Virus record (IMG/VR): IMGVR_UViG_3300042691_053485
Span: 96,001-160,000 of that record
Strand: one strand, 5' to 3'
Length of the DNA: 64,000 nucleotides
DNA from: a virus
Part shown: positions 18,690-27,719 of the stretch, one piece after another
How positions within the stretch are numbered: position 1 is the first letter of the stretch
Layout of the letters: every line of letters begins with the position of its first letter
Program-made: the position numbers and the translations under genes
Notes under the pieces: generated by a model
Told to the model about the DNA's origin: nothing
The model's input: only the letters and a program-made list of their open reading frames with translations
Database searches by the model: none

Positions 18690-20120
18690 ATGAAACAAGA
18701 ACAAACATTAGCCATTTTTGGCAAGGATTATGAAATTAAAGTCCTTAAACAAATCATTGGTGAATTACACAATCGAGGAAATGGAATAGTCAGAGATGAT
18801 AAATTTGGTAGAAAACTTATTACTAAAATAGGAGTTGAGCATTTTGAACATAAAATTGCACAGTCAATTATTGTTTTCATTAAACAGTACTTTCAGAAAT
18901 ACACTAAGATACCATTTTTTGACACACTGAAGGGCATTTTCCAACAAAATTTTGGAAATGACAAGCGAATATCCAATGAGTTTGAATTAGAGCTTTATAT
19001 CCAATATTTGAAAGATATAGAGTCAGTCTCCCAAGATGACAAAGAATGGGTCAGAGAGAATGCTGTCAACTTCATCAATACAAAAAATCTTGAAAGAGCA
19101 ATTCTAAAATCATACAATGAAACTATCCTAAAGGGAAAATTCGAAGATTACCCTAAGATTGCTGAAGAACTAATGAAAGCAATTGTTCAAGCTAATGACC
19201 TTTCAGACATTGAAGCCTTTGTTAGTGGGGATTATCGACACTTGGACGAAAAAGAACGGATTCCTATACCAACAGGAATTGAGGGTCTTGATACAGTATT
19301 GAATGGAGGGTTAGCCAGAAAGGAATTTGCATTATTTATTGCACCATCAGGTGTTGGAAAGACTACATTTGCGACATATATCGCTAATAATGCTGCTAGA
19401 TTAGGTCTAAATGTACTACAAATATTCTTTGAAGACACAGAAGAGCAAATTAAAATGAAGCATATTGCGAAAATGATTTCAAAACCTATTAACTTTTCTT
19501 CAAATAAAAAGAATCGGAAAGTTGTTGTTTCTGAATCCGATAAAAAGCTTCAAAAAATAAGAGACCAAGGTGGCTGCTTAGTTTTGCAACCTATGGATTC
19601 GACAGAAACAACCGTTAGCGATATCCGCAACTTGATTATCCGCGCAAAAGAGGATGGAGTATATTTCCCCGACACAGGTGAAAAGAAAAGTGTTGAATTT
19701 GACCTTGTACTGATTGACTATATTGACTGTATCAAGCCAAAACAACGCTACCAACAAACCTGGGAGGGACAAACTGAAGTTACAAGAGAACTTGAAAAAC
19801 TTGCTAAAGAACTAAACTATGCTTCTTGGAATTTCACGCAAGGAACAAAGGCATCGTTAAATGCAAAAGTTGTAACAGGTGAACAAATGGGTGGTGACTA
19901 TGGAAAGTACAAGGTTGCACACTTCGTTATGTCTGTTGCAAAGGGGTTAGGGGAATTTAATAACAAGGCTAACATCGCGATTTTGAAAAATCGCATGGGT
20001 TCTTCAGGATTACTTTTTGAAGACTGTCTTTTCGACAATGCAAATATGATTATCGAATTCAATGACCAAGTTCAACTTTCTAAAGAAGCAGTAAATGATG
20101 TTTATGCTACAAATGGATAA
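18690..20120 (+). CDS. dnaB: DnaB-like replicative helicase (SF4)
   Basis: Walker A APSGVGKT; IFFED; LVLIDYID; NFTQ; KIAILKNRMG. Confidence 0.9.
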   Translation: MKQEQTLAIFGKDYEIKVLKQIIGELHNRGNGIVRDDKFGRKLITKIGVEHFEHKIAQSIIVFIKQYFQKYTKIPFFDTLKGIFQQNFGNDKRISNEFELELYIQYLKDIESVSQDDKEWVRENAVNFINTKNLERAILKSYNETILKGKFEDYPKIAEELMKAIVQANDLSDIEAFVSGDYRHLDEKERIPIPTGIEGLDTVLNGGLARKEFALFIAPSGVGKTTFATYIANNAARLGLNVLQIFFEDTEEQIKMKHIAKMISKPINFSSNKKNRKVVVSESDKKLQKIRDQGGCLVLQPMDSTETTVSDIRNLIIRAKEDGVYFPDTGEKKSVEFDLVLIDYIDCIKPKQRYQQTWEGQTEVTRELEKLAKELNYASWNFTQGTKASLNAKVVTGEQMGGDYGKYKVAHFVMSVAKGLGEFNNKANIAILKNRMGSSGLLFEDCLFDNANMIIEFNDQVQLSKEAVNDVYATNG

Positions 20121-20184
20121 TTGAAAGAAATGTGATAATTATATAAACCCATATTTGGGAACAAAAAAAAATAAATGAAAAAAA

Positions 20185-22047
20185 ATGGATACATCACAAA
20201 AAATTTTATCAGAAATTACGGTTTTCATGAAGTACTCTAAGTACTTGCCTGAATTGAACAGACGAGAAACATGGGAAGAACTCGTTTATCGGAATGCAGA
20301 AATGCACAAAAAGAAATATCCCGAACTTTCAAAAGAAATTTCCAAAGTCTATGAAGATTTCGTTATTACAAAGAAAGTTTTACCATCTATGCGTTCGATG
20401 CAGTTTGGAGGTAAACCTATCGAAGTGAGCCCAAACAGAATCTACAATTGCTGCTTCTTACCAATTGACCACATATCATCGTTTTCTGAAACAATGTTTC
20501 TATTACTTGGTGGAACAGGAGTTGGTTATTCAGTTCAAAAACATTCTGTCGAAAAATTACCAACTATCAAAAAGCCAAATTCTAATAGAAAGAGAAGATT
20601 TTTAATCTCTGATAGTATTGAGGGTTGGGCTGATGCGATTAAAATGCTAATGAAAAGCTATTTTGGTGTTGTTTCATCTACAATTGATTTTGACTATTCG
20701 GACATCCGACCTAAAGGGGCTAGGCTTGTAACTTCAGGCGGAAAAGCACCTGGACCGCAACCATTGAAAGATTGTATCCATAACATAAAAAAAATCCTCG
20801 ACGCAAAGGAAGATGGTCAAAAGCTTTCAACAATAGAGGTACATGATATTATCTGCTTCATCGCAGATTCAGTACTTGCAGGTGGTATCCGAAGAGCTGC
20901 GCTAATTTCGCTGTTTAGTGCAGATGATGAGGATATGATTTCTTGTAAATCCGGAAATTGGTGGGAATTAAACCCCCAAAGAGGTCGTGCAAATAACTCA
21001 GCAGTTCTCTTGAGAGATAGAATTTCTAAAGAATTTTTTATGAATCTTTGGAATCGTATTGAAAGCTCAAAAGCAGGAGAGCCTGGTATCTACTTTTCAA
21101 ATGATAAAACCCTCGGCACAAACCCTTGTTGTGAAATTTCTTTGCGACCATACCAATTTTGCAACCTTTGTGAGGTAAATGTTTCGGATGTGACCTCACA
21201 AGAAGAATTAAATGAGCGAGTTAAAGCTGCGGCATTTATAGGAACTCTTCAAGCTGGATATACAGACTTCCACTATCTTAGAGAAATTTGGAAAAAAACA
21301 ACAGAAGAGGAAGCATTGATTGGCATCGGTATGACAGGTATCGCTTCAGGAGCAGTCTTGAATCTTTCATTAAGTGAAGCTGCTGAAGAAGTAAAGAAAG
21401 AAAACCAAAGAATTGCAAGCTTCATTGGAATAAATTCTGCGGCACGAATGACTTGCGTAAAACCCGCAGGGACAACATCCGCAACATTAGGCGTAAGTTC
21501 AGGTATTCACGCGTGGCATGCCCCTTACTATATTCGTAGAATTCGTGTTGGCAAGAATGAATCGATTTACAAATATCTTGTGGAAAATCATCCATCTTTA
21601 ATTGAAGATGAATATTTCCGCCCTCATGATACAGCGGTAATATCTATCCCTCAACGAGCTCCACAAAATGCAATTTTAAGAACAGAAAGTGCCATTGAAC
21701 TTTTAGAAAGGGTTAAACGCTTTTCTTTGGAATGGATAAAACCAGGTCATGTAAGTGGTAAAAATACACATAACGTATCTGCTACCATTACTATAAAAGA
21801 TGGAGAATGGGAAGAAGTTGGCGAATGGATGTGGGAAAATAAAGAACACTATAATGGGCTATCCGTCCTCCCATTCGCAGACCACACTTACAAACAAGCA
21901 CCATTTGAAGATTGCACGGAAGAGCAATATAACAATCTTGCAAGCAACCTGCATGAAATAGACCTATCAAATGTCATAGAATTTGATGATGATACAAATT
22001 TGATGGGTGAAATTGCATGTTCAGGCGGAAATTGTGAGGTAAAATAG
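20185..22047 (+). CDS. nrdJ: Class II (adenosylcobalamin-dependent) ribonucleotide reductase, monomeric type
   Basis: LPSMRSMQ, GGTGVG, GGIRRAA, GTNPCCEI, CNLCE, TCVKPAGT and C-terminal CSGGNCEV; no ATP cone and no beta-subunit gene adjacent. Confidence 0.85.
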   Translation: MDTSQKILSEITVFMKYSKYLPELNRRETWEELVYRNAEMHKKKYPELSKEISKVYEDFVITKKVLPSMRSMQFGGKPIEVSPNRIYNCCFLPIDHISSFSETMFLLLGGTGVGYSVQKHSVEKLPTIKKPNSNRKRRFLISDSIEGWADAIKMLMKSYFGVVSSTIDFDYSDIRPKGARLVTSGGKAPGPQPLKDCIHNIKKILDAKEDGQKLSTIEVHDIICFIADSVLAGGIRRAALISLFSADDEDMISCKSGNWWELNPQRGRANNSAVLLRDRISKEFFMNLWNRIESSKAGEPGIYFSNDKTLGTNPCCEISLRPYQFCNLCEVNVSDVTSQEELNERVKAAAFIGTLQAGYTDFHYLREIWKKTTEEEALIGIGMTGIASGAVLNLSLSEAAEEVKKENQRIASFIGINSAARMTCVKPAGTTSATLGVSSGIHAWHAPYYIRRIRVGKNESIYKYLVENHPSLIEDEYFRPHDTAVISIPQRAPQNAILRTESAIELLERVKRFSLEWIKPGHVSGKNTHNVSATITIKDGEWEEVGEWMWENKEHYNGLSVLPFADHTYKQAPFEDCTEEQYNNLASNLHEIDLSNVIEFDDDTNLMGEIACSGGNCEVK

Positions 22048-22372
<325 letters not shown>

Positions 22373-22374
<2 letters not shown>

Positions 22375-22400
22375 AAAAAAAGCCTACCAAATGGTAGGCT
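22373..22400. terminator. Hairpin, probable terminator
   Basis: A run followed by AGCCTACC-aaat-GGTAGGCT. Confidence 0.6.
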
Positions 22401-22405
22401 CTCTA

Positions 22406-22413
22406 TATTTATA
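22406..22413 (+). promoter_or_regulatory. TATTTATA box
   Basis: Exact motif 11 nt upstream of ATG 22425. Confidence 0.6.
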
Positions 22414-22424
22414 GAGAAAAAACT

Positions 22425-23051
22425 ATGGCAGGTTCAAAACCAAACAATTTCCCTTTAAAAACCCCAATTGATGGGACAGAAGAAGTTTATACGCAAACTT
22501 CAAATGTTAATAATAAATTTACAGTGAATCAAATCGCAGAGTTCGTCGTGTCTCAAATCTCTGGCGATACGGATGCTATTTACACTGAAACTATAACACA
22601 AATATCATCTACGGAAATTAGCTTTCTTGGGTCGAATCCAGTCTCATCATCCCTTGTACTATCAGGTAATAATTTTTTAGAGGGACAATATGAAGTTATA
22701 TATCAAGCCGGAAATTTGGGATTTGATATTTTAAGTGGTGGTGCAAATCCAAACGGTATTATTCATTTAATTGCATATACTGCCAATACATTTTCGGGGA
22801 ATGCACTTTTAGATGGTTTTTTATTCATTGCCACTATGAGTTGTATGGCATTTACAGCTAAAGCAGTAGTTAACTCAAATATTGGAGTAAATCTTTTTGC
22901 ATCAAATGTAATATCTGATGTCGCAAGACATTTCCCAAATGGAACTGTAAAGTTCATCATGGTTGACGAAACATTTACACCGATTGATATTTTGGGTGGA
23001 AATGGGGAGTTAAAGGTAACATTGAAAACCCAAGTGAAGTCCTATAATTAG
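22425..23051 (+). CDS. Putative virion structural protein
   Basis: Beta-rich 208-aa ORF with own TATTTATA box; N-terminus resembles fibre-attachment segments. Confidence 0.5.
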   Translation: MAGSKPNNFPLKTPIDGTEEVYTQTSNVNNKFTVNQIAEFVVSQISGDTDAIYTETITQISSTEISFLGSNPVSSSLVLSGNNFLEGQYEVIYQAGNLGFDILSGGANPNGIIHLIAYTANTFSGNALLDGFLFIATMSCMAFTAKAVVNSNIGVNLFASNVISDVARHFPNGTVKFIMVDETFTPIDILGGNGELKVTLKTQVKSYN

Positions 23052-23073
23052 TGAATGAAACTTTGTAAACTTC

Positions 23074-23117
23074 AAAAGAGGCTTATCTATCTAAAGAAGA
23101 TGGATAAGCCTCTTTTT
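23074..23117. terminator. Bidirectional terminator between convergent genes
   Basis: 19-bp stem AAAAGAGGCTTATCTATCT / AGATGGATAAGCCTCTTTT (one T-G wobble), 5-nt loop. Confidence 0.85.
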
Positions 23118-23120
23118 ATG

Positions 23121-23143
23121 GCGGTTAGCAGATAGTTATATGC
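23121..23143 (+). repeat. Right half of an attC-like site (R' GTTATATGC at 23135-23143)
   Basis: GTTATATGCAATGCTACG parallels GTTACCTGCAAGTGCTACG at 24020; exact reverse complement of GCATATAAC at 23929. Confidence 0.6.
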
Positions 23144-23218
23144 AATGCTACGTTTGTGCTTCGTATTAAGTTTTATTATAATATTCTTTTTGTTTTATTT
23201 TTTTCCCACCACACAAAT

Positions 23219-23812
23219 TTAATTATCTTTAATTTCACCAGTTATAATAATTGAATTGGGATTTATAACAACAAATTCTTCTGTGTATCTATTTTCATCT
23301 ACCAAAATAATATCGTAACCTTTTGATTTCACTTCATTAGATAAATATGGGTCAGTCATACCACTACTCGAATTATATCTATAAATTTTAGCATTTGGTT
23401 TTATTTTAGCTGTGACTAAACGACCTTCTTTTGTTGAGTTTAACTGTTTACCGACATTCTGAAAATCTTTTAATTTTACAAATGTCAAATCATATAAATC
23501 TTTATGTTCTTGTGTTCCGTATTTACTATTTTTAAACTTTTTTTCAGTTTTTTCATATTCTTCATAAGCATCATTATATTCCTTATTTAATTTTTTAACC
23601 GCATCTATTCTATATTGATGTGCTTGTGATTTTGAACGTGTAAAATATATACCCTTACCCCAATCGGAATATTGAATCAAACCTGATTTTTCAATATCAA
23701 ATTCATCAAAATTGTTATTTGTTCCGTGATATAATGTTATATTTGTAAAATTATCAACTTGTTCATTAAAATATTCACGTATAGTAGTTGCTATGAATTT
23801 TCTTAGTTCCAT
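23219..23812 (-). CDS. ADP-ribosyltransferase-fold protein (H-Y-E type, ART-PolyVal-like)
   Basis: LYHGT...FDEF, GKGIYFT, A..Y, GYD and EEFVVINP motifs. Confidence 0.65.
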   Translation of the reverse strand: MELRKFIATTIREYFNEQVDNFTNITLYHGTNNNFDEFDIEKSGLIQYSDWGKGIYFTRSKSQAHQYRIDAVKKLNKEYNDAYEEYEKTEKKFKNSKYGTQEHKDLYDLTFVKLKDFQNVGKQLNSTKEGRLVTAKIKPNAKIYRYNSSSGMTDPYLSNEVKSKGYDIILVDENRYTEEFVVINPNSIIITGEIKDN

Positions 23813-23836
23813 ATTATTAAATAGTTTTATTCTATA

Positions 23837-23844
23837 TATAAATA
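23837..23844 (-). promoter_or_regulatory. TATTTATA box
   Basis: Plus-strand TATAAATA, 24 nt upstream of the minus-strand ATG at 23812. Confidence 0.55.
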
Positions 23845-23930
23845 TTCAAATTTTAAATTTCCATCCCACAAAAAATAAAACAAAAAGGCTCATCTCTCGT
23901 ATTAAAGTTTGTAGGTTAAATCCGCACAGC

Positions 23931-24026
23931 ATATAACAAGGTGTATAAGAAAGTTTGCTATAAAGTTATACGTATAATTTGAAAATTTGTTACAAGCAAA
24001 CCTTCTCATACACCCATCCGTTACCT
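23931..24026 (+). repeat. attC site 1 (96 bp)
   Basis: ATATAAC ... GTTACCT cores; 20-bp arms at 23940-23959 and 23995-24014 pair 18/20, and both mismatches become G-T wobbles on the bottom strand. Confidence 0.75.
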
Positions 24027-24871
24027 GCAAGTGCTACGATACTGCTACTATTGAACATTTGTGGGAGAAAATTTAAAAAGTTTTTCAGTCTTATTAACTT
24101 TCTGTTTTGGATTTGTTTTACTTATCTCTTTTTGCCAAATACACTCAAAATCACTTGGGGCGTTATATTCGCTAATAAAAACATTATGCCCTTCTTTGCT
24201 TTTTTTCCTACACCAATCCCAAAAAATGTCACTATTAAAATGTTCTTTATATCTTTTATTTTTTAATTGATATGGTGGGTCGCAATAAATAATACATCTA
24301 CCTTCTGTTTTAATATCCAAGTAATCAGAAAATATAAATGTAATATCGGATATATCTTGTTTTAAAAACCCTCTTATACCTTCATCAAAATAATTTCTAT
24401 AATTACCTCCTTTTGTTTCGCTTCCTCCACCATAGGCACTAAACCAATTACCATTATAAGAACCTAAAACACCTATCAAACCAACATACCATTTAGGGTA
24501 ATCGTTTTTATTAGCTTTTACATCTTGCCAATGTTCTTTTGTAATATCTCTATTGTCTATCAATCCACCATTTTGGATATAGTGATACAACTCTATTATG
24601 TATTCATTATTATCATAGCCTATTCTTTTACCATCAACTTTGTCAATAGTGTTTGCACCCCCAACAAAAGGTTCAACCCAAGTTTCTTCAGTCCTACCGT
24701 TTAACATTATAGGTAATATATATTTTGCTATTCTGTTTTTACTTCCTGTATATTTCATACTAAAACTTTTTAAATTTTCTATTCGTTTTCAAATCAAAAT
24801 CCTGCTAAATAAACCGCACCAGCAGGTAACACGTGCTATACGGCATTAAAACGACCGCATAGCACCATACG
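24021..24871 (+). mobile_element. Integron-type gene cassette 2 (DNA adenine methylase)
   Basis: Begins at G|TTACCTGC (24020) and ends in attC2 with R'' GCAGGTAAC (24822-24830), an exact complement. Confidence 0.7.
24048..24758 (-). CDS. D12-class N6-adenine DNA methyltransferase (Dam family)
   Basis: MKYTGSKNRIA, VEPFVGGA and YCDPPY motifs. Confidence 0.9.
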   Translation of the reverse strand: MKYTGSKNRIAKYILPIMLNGRTEETWVEPFVGGANTIDKVDGKRIGYDNNEYIIELYHYIQNGGLIDNRDITKEHWQDVKANKNDYPKWYVGLIGVLGSYNGNWFSAYGGGSETKGGNYRNYFDEGIRGFLKQDISDITFIFSDYLDIKTEGRCIIYCDPPYQLKNKRYKEHFNSDIFWDWCRKKSKEGHNVFISEYNAPSDFECIWQKEISKTNPKQKVNKTEKLFKFSPTNVQ

Positions 24872-24877
24872 TTATAT
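24824..24877 (+). repeat. attC site 2 (54 bp)
   Basis: AGGTAAC-AC-GTGCTATACGG-loop-CCGCATAGCAC-CATAC-GTTATAT; same 2-nt versus 5-nt spacer geometry as attC1. Confidence 0.75.
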
Positions 24878-24896
24878 GTAAGTGTTCCATAGTTTG

Positions 24897-24930
24897 AACT
24901 GCGTTTATCTGCGAACCGTTATAGGTAATG
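24897..24930 (+). repeat. Right half of an attC-like site (R' GTTATAG at 24918)
   Basis: ...TATCTGCGAACC-GTTATAGGTAATGC has the same CCGTTA end and AATGC flank; the left arm is missing. Confidence 0.55.
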
Positions 24931-25197
24931 CTAACTTTTATTTAAGTTGAGCCAAAGCGCGATAAATGTTTCGCGTTCCATTTGACACACTTCATTACCA
25001 TCAATATGTTTTCGATTTTCGAATATTTCCATCACTCCGCCCCCAGTAAAATACACCGAATATCGTTTCCAAGCACTATCGCCGTGAATTTTTCCAACTC
25101 TTTCAACCTTTCGTAAATCAATTATGTCCCCACAAATGTTCACAATTGGGTTTGATTTGTTCACTTCCTCAATGTTTTTTAATTTTTCAGCTTCCAT
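24931..25197 (-). CDS. Hypothetical protein (probable cassette cargo)
   Basis: 88-aa ORF whose stop abuts the attC half-site. Confidence 0.6.
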   Translation of the reverse strand: MEAEKLKNIEEVNKSNPIVNICGDIIDLRKVERVGKIHGDSAWKRYSVYFTGGGVMEIFENRKHIDGNEVCQMERETFIALWLNLNKS

Positions 25198-25310
25198 ATT
25201 TTTTCAATATTTTTTCATTTGAATTTATTCTCAAACTCCTTCTGCTCAGCTAACAATACCTTGTGTAACTTTAGAAGTTCATCAAACAATAAATTTGATA
25301 TCTCTTGTTT

Positions 25311-26031
25311 TTATAAATTGAATCCGTCGACATCAAAATTAATAAAGTATTTCTCACAACCATCCTCAGCCACTTCTTTTGTTAGAACAATGGGCTTAGA
25401 GTAGTTTTTTTTATCTGATAAAAAGTAACCTCGCTCATATTTATAAATTGTTTTGTCATCATGTGAATAATAACAGTCCTCAATAATAACAGTCCTCAAT
25501 AATAATAGATTCTGATTGGAATACTGTTCTGCCTTCCTTCCCAATAATAAATGGATAATCAAAATTTAAATCTTCAAAAGACCCAACTATCTCCCTGACG
25601 TATATTTTTTCCTGTCCATTATTAATAATCCAATATGGACAAACCATAACTTGATATTTTGCAGTTATGATTTCTTTATACAACTCAAGTTGTTGTGTAT
25701 TTAGTTTGACGTAAGGGTTAAACGTTTTTCGAGTTCGACTATCCCAATAAAGTCTGTTATCTTTTATTTCTTGAGATTGATAAACTTCAATACAACCGCT
25801 TTTATCGTACCAATGGTCTCCATATTTTCGGTCTCTGTATTCAATGACTGGAAGCCCTGACAACTTGAAATTGTCGTCAAGTCTTAAAATTTCAACTATT
25901 TGAGCTTCACTCAATGTATTTTTATAAAATGCTAACTCCACAATAATATGCTTAAAACTTATTAAAAAATCTTCCCATGTTTTCATGAGCTGTCCAGCAT
26001 TCTTCACAAACTCCATATAATGTTGAGCCAC
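25311..26031 (-). pseudogene. Hypothetical gene split by a 16-bp tandem duplication
   Basis: ORF 25480-26031 ends IIEDCYY* and ORF 25311-25562 contains IIEDCYYSHDDK; removing one repeat unit fuses them in frame. Confidence 0.8.
25466..25497. repeat. Perfect 2 x 16-bp tandem repeat AATAATAACAGTCCTC
   Basis: Read directly at 25466-25481 and 25482-25497. Confidence 0.95.
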
Positions 26032-26176
26032 CCCAAGGCGTTTTAATAGTGCTTGTCTTAAATCGGAGATGATTCAAAACCTTTTTACCGCAATTGGGAC
26101 AATTCTTGCAACAATTATGCTCTTCTATAGTAGATTTGAGACCTAATAGATGTCTTAGATAATTAATTTCACACAT
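25952..26176 (-). CDS. Small Zn-ribbon protein
   Basis: CPNC...CEEC motif pair. Confidence 0.55.
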   Translation of the reverse strand: MCEINYLRHLLGLKSTIEEHNCCKNCPNCGKKVLNHLRFKTSTIKTPWGGSTLYGVCEECWTAHENMGRFFNKF

Positions 26177-26181
26177 AGCTA

Positions 26182-26514
26182 TTAAAAGTTATAGAATTTA
26201 TTGTTGTCCCATTTAAGAGACTTTGACATATTTACCAATATTTCAATATTATCTTGTAGTTCTGATAAGGCTGCTAATTCCTCATTACATTCTTCAAAAT
26301 GTTCAGTATACTCCCCATCGAATTCCTCATCATACTTATTGAGTAAACTTTCAAGATAGTCATTAATTAATGTCTTATACTTTTCGATAACTTCTTCAAT
26401 TTTGAAGTTGTCAAGAGTTGCTTCTAACAATTTAACTTGTTCGTCTGACAAATTCATTTTCTCAAAAAGTTCATCAAACAACATATTCCTTGTAGTAATT
26501 ATTAGATTTTTCAT
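26182..26514 (-). CDS. Acidic hypothetical protein
   Basis: 110-aa ORF, aatATG start. Confidence 0.6.
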   Translation of the reverse strand: MKNLIITTRNMLFDELFEKMNLSDEQVKLLEATLDNFKIEEVIEKYKTLINDYLESLLNKYDEEFDGEYTEHFEECNEELAALSELQDNIEILVNMSKSLKWDNNKFYNF

Positions 26515-26618
26515 ATCGCTTATTTTAAGTGATTAAATACAAGCTGAATCAATTAGATTAACAATCAACTTATATATCAATTTGAAGTAAACAAATTATA
26601 TTAAAGGAAAGTTCAAAA

Positions 26619-26626
26619 TATTTATA
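26619..26626 (+). promoter_or_regulatory. TATTTATA box
   Basis: Exact motif 7 nt upstream of the gp25-like ATG. Confidence 0.6.
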
Positions 26627-26633
26627 GGAAAAT

Positions 26634-27008
26634 ATGAAATTCAAGGGTATAAAATTTCCATACGAATCGGACTTATCAGGAAAGTTTTTAAAACTAAACT
26701 CAATTGACAAGGATGAAGTTAAAAGTAAAATTTCATTTCTGATGACCACTGAAAGGGGAGAAAGATTGTATAAGCCGGATTTTGGGGTAAATATTCGGCA
26801 ATTTTTGTTTGATGTGATTGACGATGAAACAATAAATGCAGTTAAAACAGAAATTACGAATGCAATTACCAAGTATATAAATGGAGTTAAGATTGAATCT
26901 GTTAAAGTTAATGTTGATGAACAATCCCACTTTTTAGGATTGTATGTTTCATATTCAATCAGCGATGGATTTTTTAAAGAAACCGATGAAATTTCACTTC
27001 TCTTTTGA
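26634..27008 (+). CDS. Baseplate wedge protein, gp25/GPW-like
   Basis: GIKFP...T.RGERLYKPDFGVNIRQFLFD...I...I.KY motif. Confidence 0.85.
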   Translation: MKFKGIKFPYESDLSGKFLKLNSIDKDEVKSKISFLMTTERGERLYKPDFGVNIRQFLFDVIDDETINAVKTEITNAITKYINGVKIESVKVNVDEQSHFLGLYVSYSISDGFFKETDEISLLF

Positions 27009-27710
27009 GTAATAGAATTTTGCGGGGCGGCTTTGGATATATTCCTTTGATTTCACATCCATCAACGTTAATTTCCCATCGTTTTTAATCCCTGTATCTA
27101 AATTAATTAGATTTGCTCTAAAGACAGGTTTATGAGTATTTGTCGTTGAGTGCCCTATAAATATCTCCTTTATTTTATGGTCTTCATTTTTAAAGGTGAC
27201 ATTAACTTTACGCTTTTGCTCCTCTAGCGTTTTTGAGGTTTGAAACAGTTTTCGATTGCTTGCAAACCTCTTGTTATTTTGCATATCTATTGGGCGGTCA
27301 GGATTAAATCCGCCGTGCATAAAAATTTTATCCTCCTCAACATGGTAATATTTTGCCTTTGAAAAGTAGGATTCTAGTTTTGCTGCTAATTCTGAAGATT
27401 TTTTAATTTTTTCTATTGTACCCTTCCCCCCAAACTTCTCCCAGTTTTTATTTATTTTATTTGTTTTTAGGTATTCGATGATAAAAAAGTCGTGGTTACC
27501 AATTATTGGTACAAAGTTTTGAATTGAAAGGAAGAAATCAACACATAAGTCAAAGTCATCCCATCCATCCGCCAAATCTCCAAGGAAGATTAATTTATCT
27601 TCAAATGGGTTGAAGTTAACTCTTGTGATTAATTCTGCTAGAGGCGTAAATGCTCCGTGTAAATCCCCTAATACAAATGTCCTTGGTCTTCTACAACTTT
27701 TCTTAGCCAC
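26994..27710 (-). CDS. Calcineurin-like metallophosphoesterase (Ser/Thr phosphatase/ApaH-like)
   Basis: GDLHG, GDLAD, GNHD, HGG, IGH and NLDTG motifs. Confidence 0.9.
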   Translation of the reverse strand: MAKKSCRRPRTFVLGDLHGAFTPLAELITRVNFNPFEDKLIFLGDLADGWDDFDLCVDFFLSIQNFVPIIGNHDFFIIEYLKTNKINKNWEKFGGKGTIEKIKKSSELAAKLESYFSKAKYYHVEEDKIFMHGGFNPDRPIDMQNNKRFASNRKLFQTSKTLEEQKRKVNVTFKNEDHKIKEIFIGHSTTNTHKPVFRANLINLDTGIKNDGKLTLMDVKSKEYIQSRPAKFYYSKEK

Positions 27711-27719
27711 ATCTTTTTA

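Larger units (their letters stand above)
23136..24020 (+). mobile_element. Integron-type gene cassette 1 (ART-like gene, antisense to the attC top strand)
   Basis: Begins at G|TTATATGC and ends in attC1, whose R'' (GCATATAAC) is its exact complement. Confidence 0.7.

Noticed and set aside
23979-24849. Plus-strand ORFs 23979-24266, 24061-24270 and 24640-24849
   Set aside because: Antisense shadows of the methylase that run across attC hairpins.
25249-25275. GCTAAC-AATAC as the R'' closing a third cassette
   Set aside because: No matching right arm or GTTA, and not complementary to GTTATAG at 24918.
26570-26872. 100-aa minus-strand ORF
   Set aside because: Antisense to the clearly recognisable gp25-like gene.
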